NCBI GenBank assembly: GCA_035708745.1 | Contig: DASTFJ010000158.1 | Span: forward strand, 53,641-117,640 | DNA: 64,000 nt | Source: Thermomicrobiales bacterium | Lineage (GTDB): Bacteria > Chloroflexota > Chloroflexia > Thermomicrobiales > UBA6265 | Direction: 5' to 3' | In this document: in pieces, positions 49,301 to 58,844 of the stretch | Position numbering within the stretch: position 1 is the first letter of the stretch | Layout: each line of letters opens with the position of its first letter | The notes under the pieces: model-generated | The model's database searches: none | What the model was told of the DNA's origin: nothing | Seen by the model: the letters and a program-made list of their open reading frames with translations, nothing else | Made by a program: the position numbers and the translations under genes

Positions 49301-49878
49301 TGGGCGCCGAGCAAAGCGGGCACATCGCCGAAGTTGGGTACGAGCTGTATCTCCGCCTGCTGGCGCAGGCCGTCGAGGAAGCCCGCCGGGGAGCGCCCAT
49401 GCCGGAGCAGGAAGCCGTGACGATGGATCTGCCCATTACGGCACTCATACCCGCTTCGTACATCCAGGATGTGGAGCTACGCCTCGCGACGTACCGGGCA
49501 ATCTCCGGAATCGAAGACGAACGAGGGCTTGCGGATATCCGCTCCGAGCTGGAAGACCGCTTTGGCGAGCTTCCGGACGAGGTCGAACATCTGCTGGCGT
49601 TGATCCAGCTGCGCATCCGCTCGGAGCGGCTCGGCATTGCGTCCATTGTCGAGCGGGAGCGAGAGATGGTAATCCGGCCGGTCGAGACTGGAAACATGAA
49701 TACGCGCAAGCTGATCGGCCGGTTCGGCCATGCTATCAAGATCACGCCGAGCTCGATCCGCCTGCGCCTCGTGGAGCTCGATGAGCCGTGGGCGGCGGCG
49801 CTCGATGCCATTCTCGACGAGATCGAGCTGGGCGAGGAGCGCCGCCGTGAGAACGAAGCCGCGGTCGCGGTTGCTTAA
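46357..49878 (+). CDS. mfd: Transcription-repair coupling factor
   Basis: 1173 aa with a UvrB-homology N-domain, a CarD/RID-like segment (HIDHGVAVFQGL), a DEAD-box core (GDVGFGKTEIA, VIDEEQRFG) and a TRG motif region. GTG start with AGGAGG upstream. Confidence 0.95.
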   Translation: MPRSTGDIPLNLTHLLAALRSNPSLENLIEFVLSASNVAVEDLPFAARPAVIAAISEVVERPVIVVSSRADRSIVLASAVSEFLADPSRVVHWPAPPALPYERLSRDTDQSADLVAALSQIAASPKSAIVFASPASITHAVMSAADLAQQTRRIQRGELVRQADLAAWAASVGYEPVTIVQRVGEFARRGGIIDIYSPGASGPARLDFFGDEIDSIRLFDPNSQRSLERLESLTLLPAMELPVWKLREAATAFRRLDLSPLRFEVREELERTLDRAADGIPPAAIDLFAPYLLDTPTTIIDHLPDDALVVMDDPGTVELAGAQRDEHARDHYLAAINSRELPGGMPDPFISFQHILTDLSRRQALTFGAVDEPARTSVVFTGWTVPTQFAGRIADIVATVSERSQAGWRIALATDQIERLTDILEDQDIYPRRSKGDARGPRLALASGDIEIVPSDLDGGFEVASAKLMLLTDLELYGFHKTIRAREPKRREAARAFAESLAPGDHVVHIDHGVAVFQGLIRMQQGGVEREYLLLEFAKGERLYVPVDQSHRVTVYSSGGLSPALSTLGSGEWVKTKRRVRRAVRDMAYELINLYAARDAAKGYQYGPDTIWDHELDTSFPYIETTDQARAIVDVKGDMLSDKPMDRLICGDVGFGKTEIAMRAAFKAVNAGKQVAILVPTTVLALQHFATFTQRLAAFPVRIEMLSRLRSDKEQREVVKGLADGSVDIVIGTHRLVQRDVRFKDLGLVVIDEEQRFGVRQKEFLKQLRTEVDVITMSATPIPRTLHIALAGIRDISVIETAPNARLPIRTFVTKTNDQLIRDVILREIERGGQVFFVHNRVHSIGKVVQHLHELVPEARIGVGHGQMDEEVLESVMMTFVQGEFDVLVCTTIIESGVDIPNANTIIIDNADTFGLTQLYQLRGRVGRGSHRAYAYLLIRPHKPLSPEAEARLEAIQEATELGSGMRVALRDMEIRGAGNLLGAEQSGHIAEVGYELYLRLLAQAVEEARRGAPMPEQEAVTMDLPITALIPASYIQDVELRLATYRAISGIEDERGLADIRSELEDRFGELPDEVEHLLALIQLRIRSERLGIASIVEREREMVIRPVETGNMNTRKLIGRFGHAIKITPSSIRLRLVELDEPWAAALDAILDEIELGEERRRENEAAVAVA

Positions 49879-52277
49879 TCTTCGTTGAGGTACGCGATGG
49901 TGACGCCATCGCCTCCACCACCATGCCCCCCCGATTCGCTTCGTGTAACCGCGGGATGCGACGAAAGCTGCCGGCGCACCGCCTGGCGCAGCGCACCAGT
50001 CCCCTTACCGTGGATGATGCGAACACTGGGCAGATTGGCACGATAGGCGGTGTCGAGATAGCGCTCCAGCTCCGCCTCCACCTCGGCGACCCGCTCGCCG
50101 CGCACGTCGATTTCCATCGGTACGAACGCGGTCCCCGTTCCGATCGAAACCCGGCGCGCCGGTTCCTGACGCGGGCCGCCGAGCCGTTTCAAAGCGGAAA
50201 GCGGTTGACGGAGGCGCAGACCGCCCATCACGACTTCAGCGGAATCGCCCTCCAAGGAGGCGACTTCGCCCTCCATTCCGAGCGTCGTCACCTCGACCCG
50301 ATCGCCAACCGCGATGACAGCAACCTGTAGCCGGGGTCGGTTGGCTGAAAGACTCCGCCGTACGTCTTTGACTTGCCGAAGCGCCTTATCGAGCTCGACC
50401 TGCGGTTGACTGATTTCTGGGCGGTCGTTGGGACGAGCGGCAGCCGCCTGTTGTAGTCGCCGCACGGCCGAGCGGGCATCGGCCAGCTCCGCCTCGGCAG
50501 CAATCAGTGCTTCCTCCCGGGCGTTCAACCGCTCGGTTTCTGCATTTTGGCGCTCCTCGGTGGCCTCGGCTCGAATGCGCCGCGCAGCATCTCGCTCGCG
50601 TTCCGCGTCCTGGAGCTCGCGCTCGGCCCGGTCGCGTATTGCGCGAATCTCGCCCAGCAGCTCGTCGGTGCGAATCGTCTCGGAATCGATATAGGTGGAG
50701 GCGCGCTCCAGCACGCGCTCATCCAGACCGAGCCGGCGCGCAATCGAGAGCGCGTTGGATTGACCGGGAACGCCGATGACGACTCGAAAGGTCGGCCTGA
50801 GAGTTTCGATGTCGAACTCAACCGATGCGTTCTCCACGCCCGGAGTCTCGTACGCAAAGCTCTTGACCTCGGAATAGTGGGTCGTGGCGATGACCAGCGG
50901 ACCGCGGTCGAGCAGCTCGGTAATGATCGAGCGCGCCAGCGCCGAACCCTCTACCGGATCGGTACCGGACCCGACCTCGTCGATCAACGCCAGACTCGTC
51001 GGCTCGACCTCTTGCAGCATATGGATCACGGAGGCGATGTGCGCCGAAAACGTCGAGAGACTCTGCGCGATGCTCTGGTCATCGCCGATATCGACAAAAA
51101 ATGACGTAAATACCGGCAAGATCGACTGATCGTCAGCTGGAATGAAGAGCCCGGCCTGCGCCATAGTTGCCAGTAATCCGACGGTCTTCAGGGTCACCGT
51201 TTTGCCGCCGGTGTTCGGTCCGGTGATGAGAAGGACCCGGAAATCCTCACCGAGGTCGATGTCGATTGGCACCACGGTGGCCGGATCGAGCAACGGATGT
51301 CGCGCGCGCCGCAGGCGTATTCGCTGCGTCGGATGGCCGACGCCGCCAGACTCGCGCTGCTGACTCCAGATCAGGGGCTTCGAGGCCCGCAGGGCAAAGG
51401 CGAGCCGCGCTTTTGCCAGGGCAAAGTCGATACGGGCAACGGACTCGACTGACTGCATGAGCTCATTCGAATAACGTCCGGTTTCGTGGCTCAGCTCATC
51501 GAGAATGCGCTCGACCTCACGCGTTTCCTCGATCTGCGCCTCGCGCCACCGATTGTTCAGCTCGACGACCTCCAGCGGCTCGACAAAGATCGTTTGTCCG
51601 CTGGCCGAGACGTCATGCACGACGCCGGGCACCTGATTGCGGCTGTCGGCCCGCACCGGCACCACATAGCGACCATCCCGCGAGGTCACGATCGCGTCCT
51701 GCAGCGCGGGATTCGAGCTGCCACCGCCGACGAAGCGATTCAGCCGGTCCATCAAGCGCCCATGCGCGATACGCACCTCCTTACGAATACGGGAGAGCGC
51801 CGGGCTGGCGGAATCCAGGACCTCGCCAGCCGGCCCGATTGCCCGGCCGATCGTTGCCTCCAGGTCTTGTGCATCGATCAGCCCGGTCGAAAGATCGAGA
51901 AGCTGCGGAAATCGTTGATTCACCTCCGGCAGGCGGTGAACCGATCGACGAAGCAACCGCGCGGCGCGAGCGGTGTCGGCGACCGTCATCAACTCTTGCG
52001 GTAGCAACCGGCTCCCCTTGCCCGCGCGCTCAGCCGCCGCGCGGATATCGCGAGCACCGCCGATCGTGATGTCGGGGAAGTTGGTCAGCACGTCGACGCC
52101 TTCGGCGGTGGCTTCCTGCCAGCGATCCACCAGCCATCGATCGGTCGAAGGAGCCAGCTCCATGGCCATTTCGGTCGTAACCGAGAACTGGCATTGCGCC
52201 GCAAGGCGAATGCGAATCTCATCGAATTCGAGTTTGTCCAACGCAAGGTCGAGCGACGTCGATTGGTTTGCCATCAT
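49875..52277 (-). CDS. mutS2: Endonuclease MutS2 (MutS ATPase + C-terminal Smr)
   Basis: LLITGPNTGGKTVTLKT Walker A, a long coiled-coil, and a C-terminal Smr domain (IDVRGERV.., IIHGKGTGALR). Confidence 0.93.
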   Translation of the reverse strand: MMANQSTSLDLALDKLEFDEIRIRLAAQCQFSVTTEMAMELAPSTDRWLVDRWQEATAEGVDVLTNFPDITIGGARDIRAAAERAGKGSRLLPQELMTVADTARAARLLRRSVHRLPEVNQRFPQLLDLSTGLIDAQDLEATIGRAIGPAGEVLDSASPALSRIRKEVRIAHGRLMDRLNRFVGGGSSNPALQDAIVTSRDGRYVVPVRADSRNQVPGVVHDVSASGQTIFVEPLEVVELNNRWREAQIEETREVERILDELSHETGRYSNELMQSVESVARIDFALAKARLAFALRASKPLIWSQQRESGGVGHPTQRIRLRRARHPLLDPATVVPIDIDLGEDFRVLLITGPNTGGKTVTLKTVGLLATMAQAGLFIPADDQSILPVFTSFFVDIGDDQSIAQSLSTFSAHIASVIHMLQEVEPTSLALIDEVGSGTDPVEGSALARSIITELLDRGPLVIATTHYSEVKSFAYETPGVENASVEFDIETLRPTFRVVIGVPGQSNALSIARRLGLDERVLERASTYIDSETIRTDELLGEIRAIRDRAERELQDAERERDAARRIRAEATEERQNAETERLNAREEALIAAEAELADARSAVRRLQQAAAARPNDRPEISQPQVELDKALRQVKDVRRSLSANRPRLQVAVIAVGDRVEVTTLGMEGEVASLEGDSAEVVMGGLRLRQPLSALKRLGGPRQEPARRVSIGTGTAFVPMEIDVRGERVAEVEAELERYLDTAYRANLPSVRIIHGKGTGALRQAVRRQLSSHPAVTRSESGGHGGGGDGVTIAYLNED

Positions 52278-52358
52278 GTTCCGGTCTCGCTGTGGTTATG
52301 TCGAATCTGGACCAGCAAGTCACCGAACCGGGCGTTTTGTGACCTCGCTGACAAAAAG

Positions 52359-52398
52359 AGAACGAGCGTTTGACACGAACATACGTTCGCCATATAAT
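52359..52398 (+). promoter_or_regulatory. lexA promoter (TTGACA-17-TATAAT) with two Cheo-type SOS boxes
   Basis: TTGACA lies at 52370-75 and TATAAT at 52393-98, with a 17-nt spacer. A perfect palindrome CGAACATACGTTCG (52376-89) fills the spacer. A second box, AGAACGAGCGTTTG (52359-72), overlaps the -35. Confidence 0.8.
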
Positions 52399-52450
52399 CC
52401 ACCGTAAGGAACCCGCACCCGCACTGGGACCTGCAGCACTGGAGAAAAGT

Positions 52451-53089
52451 ATGAAGGACCTCTCTCGACGTCAACAGGCGATTCTTGATTTTATCGAGAA
52501 CTTTCTCGATGAGAACGACTATCCGCCCACCATTCGCGACATTCAAGCCGAGTTGGGGATTTCGTCTACCAGTGTGGTCGACTACAACCTCAAGGTGCTC
52601 GAATCGCATAGTCTCATTCGCCGAAACCGAAATATCTCGCGCGGTATCGAGCTGGTCAATCGTGGTCCCGGCCGTCGCCGGGTGATCACCATTCCGGTTA
52701 TCGGGCAGATTGCCGCCGGTCTCCCGATTCCGGTTCCTGAAGATCTCGAGGGGGCAGAGCCCAGCGAGCTGATCGAGCTGAGCGCCGAGTTGCTACCTGA
52801 GGGCGGGCACGATCTCTTCGCGCTGCGGGTCAAAGGGCACTCGATGGTCGATTCTCTCATCAACGACGGCGATGTCGTTCTGCTTCGTCATCAAGAGACC
52901 TGCGAAAACGGCGACACCGTCGCGGTCTGGCTCAAGGACGAAAAGGAAACGACGCTCAAGAAGTTCTACTACGAGAACGACCGCATTCGCCTTCAACCGG
53001 CCAACGTCACTATGGAACCGATCTACACGCGCGCCGACAACGTCGAGATTCAGGGCAAGCTCGTCTCCGTGGTTCGCTCGGTTCTCTAA
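52451..53089 (+). CDS. lexA: LexA repressor
   Basis: ATG 52451 with GGAGAA upstream gives MKDLSRRQQAILDFI..YPPTIRDI (wHTH). It also has an Ala-Gly cleavage site (IAAGLP) and S24 Ser/Lys motifs (GHSMVD, TLKKF). Confidence 0.95.
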   Translation: MKDLSRRQQAILDFIENFLDENDYPPTIRDIQAELGISSTSVVDYNLKVLESHSLIRRNRNISRGIELVNRGPGRRRVITIPVIGQIAAGLPIPVPEDLEGAEPSELIELSAELLPEGGHDLFALRVKGHSMVDSLINDGDVVLLRHQETCENGDTVAVWLKDEKETTLKKFYYENDRIRLQPANVTMEPIYTRADNVEIQGKLVSVVRSVL

Positions 53090-53134
53090 GGGGAACATCT
53101 AACCCTATTTCTGACAATTCGATCGACATCGTTC

Positions 53135-53170
53135 GGAAGCGGAGTTGCGGGACTCCGCTTCCCTCGTTTC
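53135..53170 (+). terminator. Rho-independent terminator after lexA
   Basis: GGAAGCGGAG-TTGCGGGA-CTCCGCTTCC forms a 10-bp stem, followed by CTCGTTTCT. Confidence 0.7.
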
Positions 53171-53250
53171 TATCGGGGTGTCGAAACGAACTGGTATAGT
53201 GAACGGGCCGTACGCGGTGGGCGGCGGCATGCGCGTGTCAAGGTGATTCC

Positions 53251-53937
53251 GTGACAAATACGTTGACCGGAATGCTGCTTGCGGCGGCGGCAGGTCTCAA
53301 TGCGTTCCTGCCAATTTTGGGCCTGGCGCTGGCGGATCGCTTCACCAGCAAGGTCGACCTGCCGCAGCCGTACAACGTCATTTCGTCGATCGCGGGAATC
53401 GCCATTCTCCTCGTTCTCGTGACGATCGAGCTCATCGCCGACAAAATTCCGCGTATCGACCATCTCAACGATCTGATCAATTCCCCTATCCGCCCCGCCG
53501 CCGGCATGTTCCTGATGATGGCCGCGGTTTCGGGCAAGAACGAAATTCACGAAGTCGTGGCCATGTTCATCGGCTTGCTTCTGGCCGGGGCGGTGCATGT
53601 GTATAAGTCGATCAGCCGCACTCGCATTACCCTGGCAACAAATGGACTCGCCAATCCGATGGTCTCACTTATCGAAGACGGTATCGCCGGCTTGACAACC
53701 TTGTTGGCCATCGCTGTTCCCTGGATCGGCCTGGCGTTTGCCATTCCGGCTGGCATCGGTCTGGGATGGGTCTACCGGAAGACTAGCGGACCAAACGATC
53801 TCTCGACCCAACGTGCTGCCGAGCGACCGGCGGTCATCTCGGAAACCCCAGGGGGACGAAAGCCGAAGCGGGCCGTCATGCGGCGGCCGAAGACCGGCCG
53901 GACCGCGGCGGTGCAGCCGGAAACGCCAGATGCCTAA
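53251..53937 (+). CDS. DUF4126-like integral membrane protein
   Basis: The N-terminal [22 protein letters not shown] and polytopic profile resemble DUF4126. It has a basic, disordered C-terminal tail. GTG start. Confidence 0.6.
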   Translation: MTNTLTGMLLAAAAGLNAFLPILGLALADRFTSKVDLPQPYNVISSIAGIAILLVLVTIELIADKIPRIDHLNDLINSPIRPAAGMFLMMAAVSGKNEIHEVVAMFIGLLLAGAVHVYKSISRTRITLATNGLANPMVSLIEDGIAGLTTLLAIAVPWIGLAFAIPAGIGLGWVYRKTSGPNDLSTQRAAERPAVISETPGGRKPKRAVMRRPKTGRTAAVQPETPDA

Positions 53938-55003
53938 GGTCGATTTCAAGGACTATTACGATACGCTCGGGATCAGCCGAACCGCGAATGAGAGCGAGAT
54001 CAAAGCCGCCTTCCGCAAGCTGGCGCGCAAACATCACCCCGATGTCAATCCGGGCGATGCCAGCGCCGAAGAACGCTTCAAAGAGGTCAATGAGGCCTAT
54101 GAAGTGCTCTCCGATGCGGACAAACGCAAACTCTACGATCGCTACGGCGAGGAATGGCAGCGCTACAAGGAAGCCGGCTACACGGGAGATGAGCCACAGA
54201 ATGCCGGAGGCGGCAGACGAACATCGAGCGAGGACTTCGGTACCTGGTTCACGGGAAACAGCGGCGGATTCAGCAGCGCGGATTTCGGTTCGAGCGGCGA
54301 TCATTCCGATTTTTTCGAAACGCTCTTTGGCAGTTTTGGCGGGAATCGCCGCGGGACTGACACCTTTACCCGGGCGACCCCGCGGCCACGACGAGGGCAG
54401 GACATAGACGCCGAAGTCGAGGTGACATTCGACGAAGCATTTCGCGGAACGACTCGCCGCTTCGACGTTCAGGCCGAGGAAGTCTGCCCGACCTGCGGTG
54501 GCACGGGATTGGTGCGGAACGCGATTTGTCCCACCTGCGATGGCGCGGGCTACATACCGCGGATCAAGACGATCGAGGTCAAGATTCCGCCAGGCGTCAC
54601 CAACGGCTCACGCATTCGGGTCGCAGGTCAGGGCGGCGCCGGCGCCGCCGGCGGACCGAATGGCGATGTCTATCTCATCGTCAAGCTGGCCAACGACAAG
54701 CGATTCATCCGAGAAGGCGACAATCTGCGCACGGACATGGAAGTTCCCATGCTAACAGCCCTGCTGGGGGGCAAAGCCCAAGTGACCACGCCCACTGGCC
54801 GGGTCGAGCTCACCATTCCCGCCGAGACGCAGCAGGGCCGCGTCTTCCGGCTTCGTGGCCAAGGTATGCCGAAGCTGAAATCGAAGTCTGGCGAGCGTGG
54901 CGATTTGCTCGCCAGAGCCAACGTCGTGCTCCCGACCAATCTCACCGACCGTGAGAAATCGCTGCTCGAAGAGCTGCGCACCTTGCGTTCCGGAGATCGC
55001 TAA
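53930..55003 (+). CDS. DnaJ/CbpA-like J-domain co-chaperone with a half-size zinc-finger region
   Basis: ATG 53930 gives [40 protein letters not shown] (J domain with HPD). There is a G/F-rich linker and only two CXXCXGXG repeats ([16 protein letters not shown]). The C-terminal substrate-binding domains are present. Overlaps the upstream gene by 8 nt. Confidence 0.88.
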   Translation: MPKVDFKDYYDTLGISRTANESEIKAAFRKLARKHHPDVNPGDASAEERFKEVNEAYEVLSDADKRKLYDRYGEEWQRYKEAGYTGDEPQNAGGGRRTSSEDFGTWFTGNSGGFSSADFGSSGDHSDFFETLFGSFGGNRRGTDTFTRATPRPRRGQDIDAEVEVTFDEAFRGTTRRFDVQAEEVCPTCGGTGLVRNAICPTCDGAGYIPRIKTIEVKIPPGVTNGSRIRVAGQGGAGAAGGPNGDVYLIVKLANDKRFIREGDNLRTDMEVPMLTALLGGKAQVTTPTGRVELTIPAETQQGRVFRLRGQGMPKLKSKSGERGDLLARANVVLPTNLTDREKSLLEELRTLRSGDR

Positions 55004-55323
55004 TGGCTACCTCGAAACGACAGGAAAGCTTCATTCAGGCGCGGTTCGTCTCGCTGGAGGCGATTTCGACCCGGACTGGCGTCACGACTCGGCGAGTTCG
55101 ATATCTTGAGCGCGCTGGTCTCATCGGACCGGCGGAATCCGATGAGCACATTCGCCTCTACAGCGAAGAAACCATCGAGCGAATCAATACGATCGAGCGG
55201 CTGACCAACGATCTCGGGGTCAATCTTGCCGGGGTCGAGGTCATTCTGAATATGCGAGAGCAAATCATCGCGCTCCGGCAACAGGGCGGCTCGCCGGTCG
55301 AGCAACCCAGAAATCGCGGCTGA
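55003..55323 (+). CDS. MerR-family regulator (HspR/CbpM-like) coupled to the J-protein gene
   Basis: LEAISTRTGVTTRRVRYLERAGLIGP is a MerR HTH. TAATG overlap with the J-protein stop. Confidence 0.8.
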   Translation: MATSKRQESFIQARFVSLEAISTRTGVTTRRVRYLERAGLIGPAESDEHIRLYSEETIERINTIERLTNDLGVNLAGVEVILNMREQIIALRQQGGSPVEQPRNRG

Positions 55324-55366
55324 CGCGGTCGACGAACAGTTCCGAGCTTTACGAGACAGGAAGAGG

Positions 55367-56665
55367 ATGCCAGCAACAATCGTTCTTGGTGGCCAGTGGG
55401 GAGACGAAGGCAAGGGCAAGATCACCGACGCCTTGGCTGGGGAATCGGGCATGGTCGTCCGCGCGAATGGCGGCAGCAATGCCGGACATACCATCTCCAC
55501 CGCGCAAGGCGTGTTCAAAATGCACCTTGTGCCATCCGGCATTCTCTCGCCCGGCACTACCTGTGTTATCGGGGCCGGGGTGGTGATCGATCCGATCCAG
55601 CTCGCCAGCGAGCTGGCCGACTTGCGGCAACGAGGAATCGACACGTCCTCGCTGGTCATTTCGGACCGCGCGCATGTCGTGCTTCCCTTTCATTCCGAGA
55701 TCGATCGCGGCGAAGAGCAGCTGCGTGGCGAAGCTCCGATTGGCACGACCCTGCGGGGCATTGGACCGGCATATGCCGACAAAGTCTCGCGCCGGGGTAT
55801 GCGCATGGCGGATTTGTGCGACGAACGTTCGGTCAAACCGCGCCTCGAGCGCGATTTCGAAGCGCGCAATCGATTGCTGGAGGGGTATTACGGCAGTGAG
55901 CCGGTCGACGCGGACGCCACCACCCAGGAGCTGCTCGAAGCGGCGGAGGTCCTCTATCCGTTTGTCGGCCATGCCGAAGAAATCGTGCAGAACGCGCTCG
56001 ATGCCGGGGAGCGGGTCATCGTCGAGTGTGCCCAGGGCGCCATGCTCGATATCGACTACGGCAGTTACCCCTTCGTCACATCGTCCTCACCGACCGCGGC
56101 CGGAGCGTGCCAGGGCGCTGGCATCGCACCCAACCAAATCGAACGCGTCATCGGGGTGTTCAAGGCGTACAGCTCGCGAGTGGGCGGCGGCCCCTTCCCC
56201 ACCGAGCTCTTCGACGAAACCGGCAACCGGATTCGGGAGCGCGGAAACGAATACGGCACCACCACCGGTCGTGCGCGGCGCGTTGGCTGGTTCGATGCCG
56301 TCGCCGCCCGGCGCGTGACCCGGCTGAATGGCGTGACCGATATCGCGCTCACCTTGCTCGACGTGCTCGACGCCTTCGATCCGATTCAGATCGGCGTCGG
56401 CTATGTGTTGGACGATCGGCCCATTTCGTTCGTCCCCACCATTTCGGCCGACTACGACCGGGTGTCACCGGTGCTTTCCCCTGCCGATGGCTGGCTGGAA
56501 GACATTACGTCGATACGTTCCGGCGATGACCTGCCAGGAAACGCTCGCGCCTATATCGCCCGCATAGGCGAATTGGCGGGGGCTCCTGTTTCCATGGTCG
56601 GGGTTGGACCCGATCGCGAACAGCTCGTTTCGGTCAACGCATTCGCGAGCACTGCCGCTCGCTAG
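55367..56665 (+). CDS. purA: Adenylosuccinate synthetase
   Basis: [15 protein letters not shown]-loop, [11 protein letters not shown] and [12 protein letters not shown]. Confidence 0.96.
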   Translation: MPATIVLGGQWGDEGKGKITDALAGESGMVVRANGGSNAGHTISTAQGVFKMHLVPSGILSPGTTCVIGAGVVIDPIQLASELADLRQRGIDTSSLVISDRAHVVLPFHSEIDRGEEQLRGEAPIGTTLRGIGPAYADKVSRRGMRMADLCDERSVKPRLERDFEARNRLLEGYYGSEPVDADATTQELLEAAEVLYPFVGHAEEIVQNALDAGERVIVECAQGAMLDIDYGSYPFVTSSSPTAAGACQGAGIAPNQIERVIGVFKAYSSRVGGGPFPTELFDETGNRIRERGNEYGTTTGRARRVGWFDAVAARRVTRLNGVTDIALTLLDVLDAFDPIQIGVGYVLDDRPISFVPTISADYDRVSPVLSPADGWLEDITSIRSGDDLPGNARAYIARIGELAGAPVSMVGVGPDREQLVSVNAFASTAAR

Positions 56666-56679
56666 AAAGCGAACATTCC

Positions 56680-57147
56680 ATGCTCGACGCCGAACAGCCA
56701 ACGATGCTTGATTCGATTGCAATTCAGAAGATTCTGCCGCATCGATTTCCCTTTCTGCTCGTCGATCGCATTGTCGAGCTGGAGGTCGGCAAACGCGCGG
56801 TCGGCCTGAAAAACGTCACCATCAATGAGCATTTCTTCCAGGGGCATTTTCCGCAGTATCCGGTCATGCCCGGCGTGCTGATCGTCGAAGCGCTAGCGCA
56901 AACGGGCGGCATTGCGCTCGGCACCATGGACGAATACAAAGGCCGGATCGCCTTTTTCGCCGGTATCGACAATGTGCGTTTCAAACGACAAGTCAAGCCG
57001 GGCGATACCCTCCGACTCGAAGTCGAGCTCACGCAACTGCGGCGGTCGATCGGCACCGCCTCGGCGCTGGCCACGGTCGATGGCGAGGTCGCCTGCAAGG
57101 GCGACATCATGTTCGCGCTCGGTCCGCTCATGTCGGAGCTCACCTGA
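56680..57147 (+). CDS. fabZ: 3-hydroxyacyl-ACP dehydratase
   Basis: [38 protein letters not shown] hot-dog signature. Confidence 0.95.
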   Translation: MLDAEQPTMLDSIAIQKILPHRFPFLLVDRIVELEVGKRAVGLKNVTINEHFFQGHFPQYPVMPGVLIVEALAQTGGIALGTMDEYKGRIAFFAGIDNVRFKRQVKPGDTLRLEVELTQLRRSIGTASALATVDGEVACKGDIMFALGPLMSELT

Positions 57148-57224
57148 CGAGCGCTTCGCGAGTCATAGGGATCGATGGTAGCCGGGCAACAGTTGCGCGG
57201 CTCACCGGCACCGAGCGCTATTCG

Positions 57225-58298
57225 GTGGAGCTCCTTTCGGCGCTGGCCGCCCTTGACCCACCTGAAACCATCAAGGTCTATCTCAATGCGTCCGAGCGGC
57301 CGCCGGCTCTGCGTATCCCCGGCACCGCGGTTACGATTCCCGGGCCGCGCTTTTGGACCTTGCGGAATCTGGCGGCGGAGATGCGACGCGATCCACCCGA
57401 TCTCTTGTTCGTTCCATCGCATGTCGTCCCGCCGGCCCATCCCACCGCGGTGGTGACGATCCACGATCTCGGCTACCTGGTCGAGCCGGAATCTCACCTG
57501 GCTATCCATCGCAAGCAGCTGGAATGGACGACTCGTTGGAATGCCCGCGCGGCCGCCGGACTCATCGCCGTCTCCGAAGCCACCAAGCGCGACCTCGTGG
57601 AGTCACTCGGTGTCGATCCCAGTCGCATTCGAGTTATCCACCACGGAGTGAGCGAAGCACTGGCGCCCGCGACCGAGCACGCGATTGCCGCCGTTCGCGA
57701 TCAGTACGCTATCAGCCCACGGGCGATTCTGGCGGTCGGATCCATCCAGCCGCGGAAGAACCTCGTCCGCTTGATCCAGGCATTCGAGCGGCTGGCGCCG
57801 CTCGACGAAACGCTGCAGCTCGTCCTGTGCGGCGCTCCCGGATGGAAAGACGAGCAGATCCTGCGACGGGGCGCCGCATCGCCATTCCATGACCGAATCC
57901 GGCACATTGGCTATGTTCCCGATGTCGAGCTCGCTGCACTCTATTCATCATCCGCCGTTTTGGCATTTCCGTCATTGTACGAAGGGTTCGGGATGCCGGC
58001 GCTGGAAGCGATGGCGTGCGGTACGCCGGTCGTCGCCGCCAACCGGTCGTCGCTGCCGGAAGTTTGCGGGGACGCCGCTGTGCTGGTCGATCCGTTCGAT
58101 GCCGAGGCGATTGCGTCCGGCCTCGCTCGAGTGCTGGACGACAATGCGCTTCGCCAGGAGCTGATCGAGCGCGGACGCAGGCGAGCGCGCATGTTTCGCT
58201 GGCGGAGCTGCGCGGAACAAACCCTCGCGTTCTTGCGTTCCATTGGCGACAATGTGCAGCGGGAAAGAAGTCGCGTCTCCGAACGAGGTAGGCAATGA
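57225..58298 (+). CDS. Glycosyltransferase family 4 (true start probably upstream of the first canonical start codon)
   Basis: [34 protein letters not shown]. The same frame stays open and homologous upstream (SRVIGIDGSRATVARLTGTERYS from 57156) but contains no ATG/GTG/TTG there. Confidence 0.85.
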   Translation: MELLSALAALDPPETIKVYLNASERPPALRIPGTAVTIPGPRFWTLRNLAAEMRRDPPDLLFVPSHVVPPAHPTAVVTIHDLGYLVEPESHLAIHRKQLEWTTRWNARAAAGLIAVSEATKRDLVESLGVDPSRIRVIHHGVSEALAPATEHAIAAVRDQYAISPRAILAVGSIQPRKNLVRLIQAFERLAPLDETLQLVLCGAPGWKDEQILRRGAASPFHDRIRHIGYVPDVELAALYSSSAVLAFPSLYEGFGMPALEAMACGTPVVAANRSSLPEVCGDAAVLVDPFDAEAIASGLARVLDDNALRQELIERGRRRARMFRWRSCAEQTLAFLRSIGDNVQRERSRVSERGRQ

Positions 58299-58819
58299 GA
58301 TCGTCGGGAAAAATGATTGGGCTGGGAATGATCGCCGCAGGGGCGATCCTGGGGATCGCTGGCGGGGCGTGGCTCATCTCCGGCATGAACGAAGACAAGC
58401 TCGAGCAATCGGGCGCCATCTTCGGGCTCATCCTGCTGCTTGGAGTGGTCGTCATTCCGTTGGTAGGCGGGGGCGTCTTCTTCACGCGCAAAGGGGCGAT
58501 GGAAGAGCAACAGCTCGCGAAAATCAACGAGCAGCGCCGTTTGCTCGATATAGTTTCTACTCGTGGTCAGGTTTCGATTGCCGATCTGGTGCTGGAGTTG
58601 AAGTCGAGCCGGGACGAGGTCGAAAAGAACCTGAACGAGCTGGTTGGCCGCGGGCTGTTCAGCGGGTATGTCGATTGGAACAAGGGCATGCTCTATTCCG
58701 TGGATGCATCGAAGCTGCAAGGAGCGCAATTTTGTCCGAACTGCGGTGGCAAACTGGAACTTGCTGGCAAAGGCGTGGTGACTTGCCCCTATTGCGGAGC
58801 GCAGATTTTCCTTTCGTGA
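58295..58819 (+). CDS. Two-TM protein with winged-helix-like segment and C-terminal zinc ribbon
   Basis: Two TM helices, a helical segment ([40 protein letters not shown]), and [23 protein letters not shown] overlap with the GT4 stop. No family assigned. Confidence 0.6.
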   Translation: MRSSGKMIGLGMIAAGAILGIAGGAWLISGMNEDKLEQSGAIFGLILLLGVVVIPLVGGGVFFTRKGAMEEQQLAKINEQRRLLDIVSTRGQVSIADLVLELKSSRDEVEKNLNELVGRGLFSGYVDWNKGMLYSVDASKLQGAQFCPNCGGKLELAGKGVVTCPYCGAQIFLS

Positions 58820-58844
58820 TCGAACAAACGAAGGAGTCGAAACA

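Noticed and set aside
53089-53251. HAIR or CIRCE heat-shock operator upstream of the DUF4126/J-protein/MerR unit
   Set aside because: No CTTGAGT-N7-ACTCAAG or TTAGCACTC-N9-GAGTGCTAA-like sequence is present. Only the lexA terminator and a possible TGGTATAGT -10 are seen.
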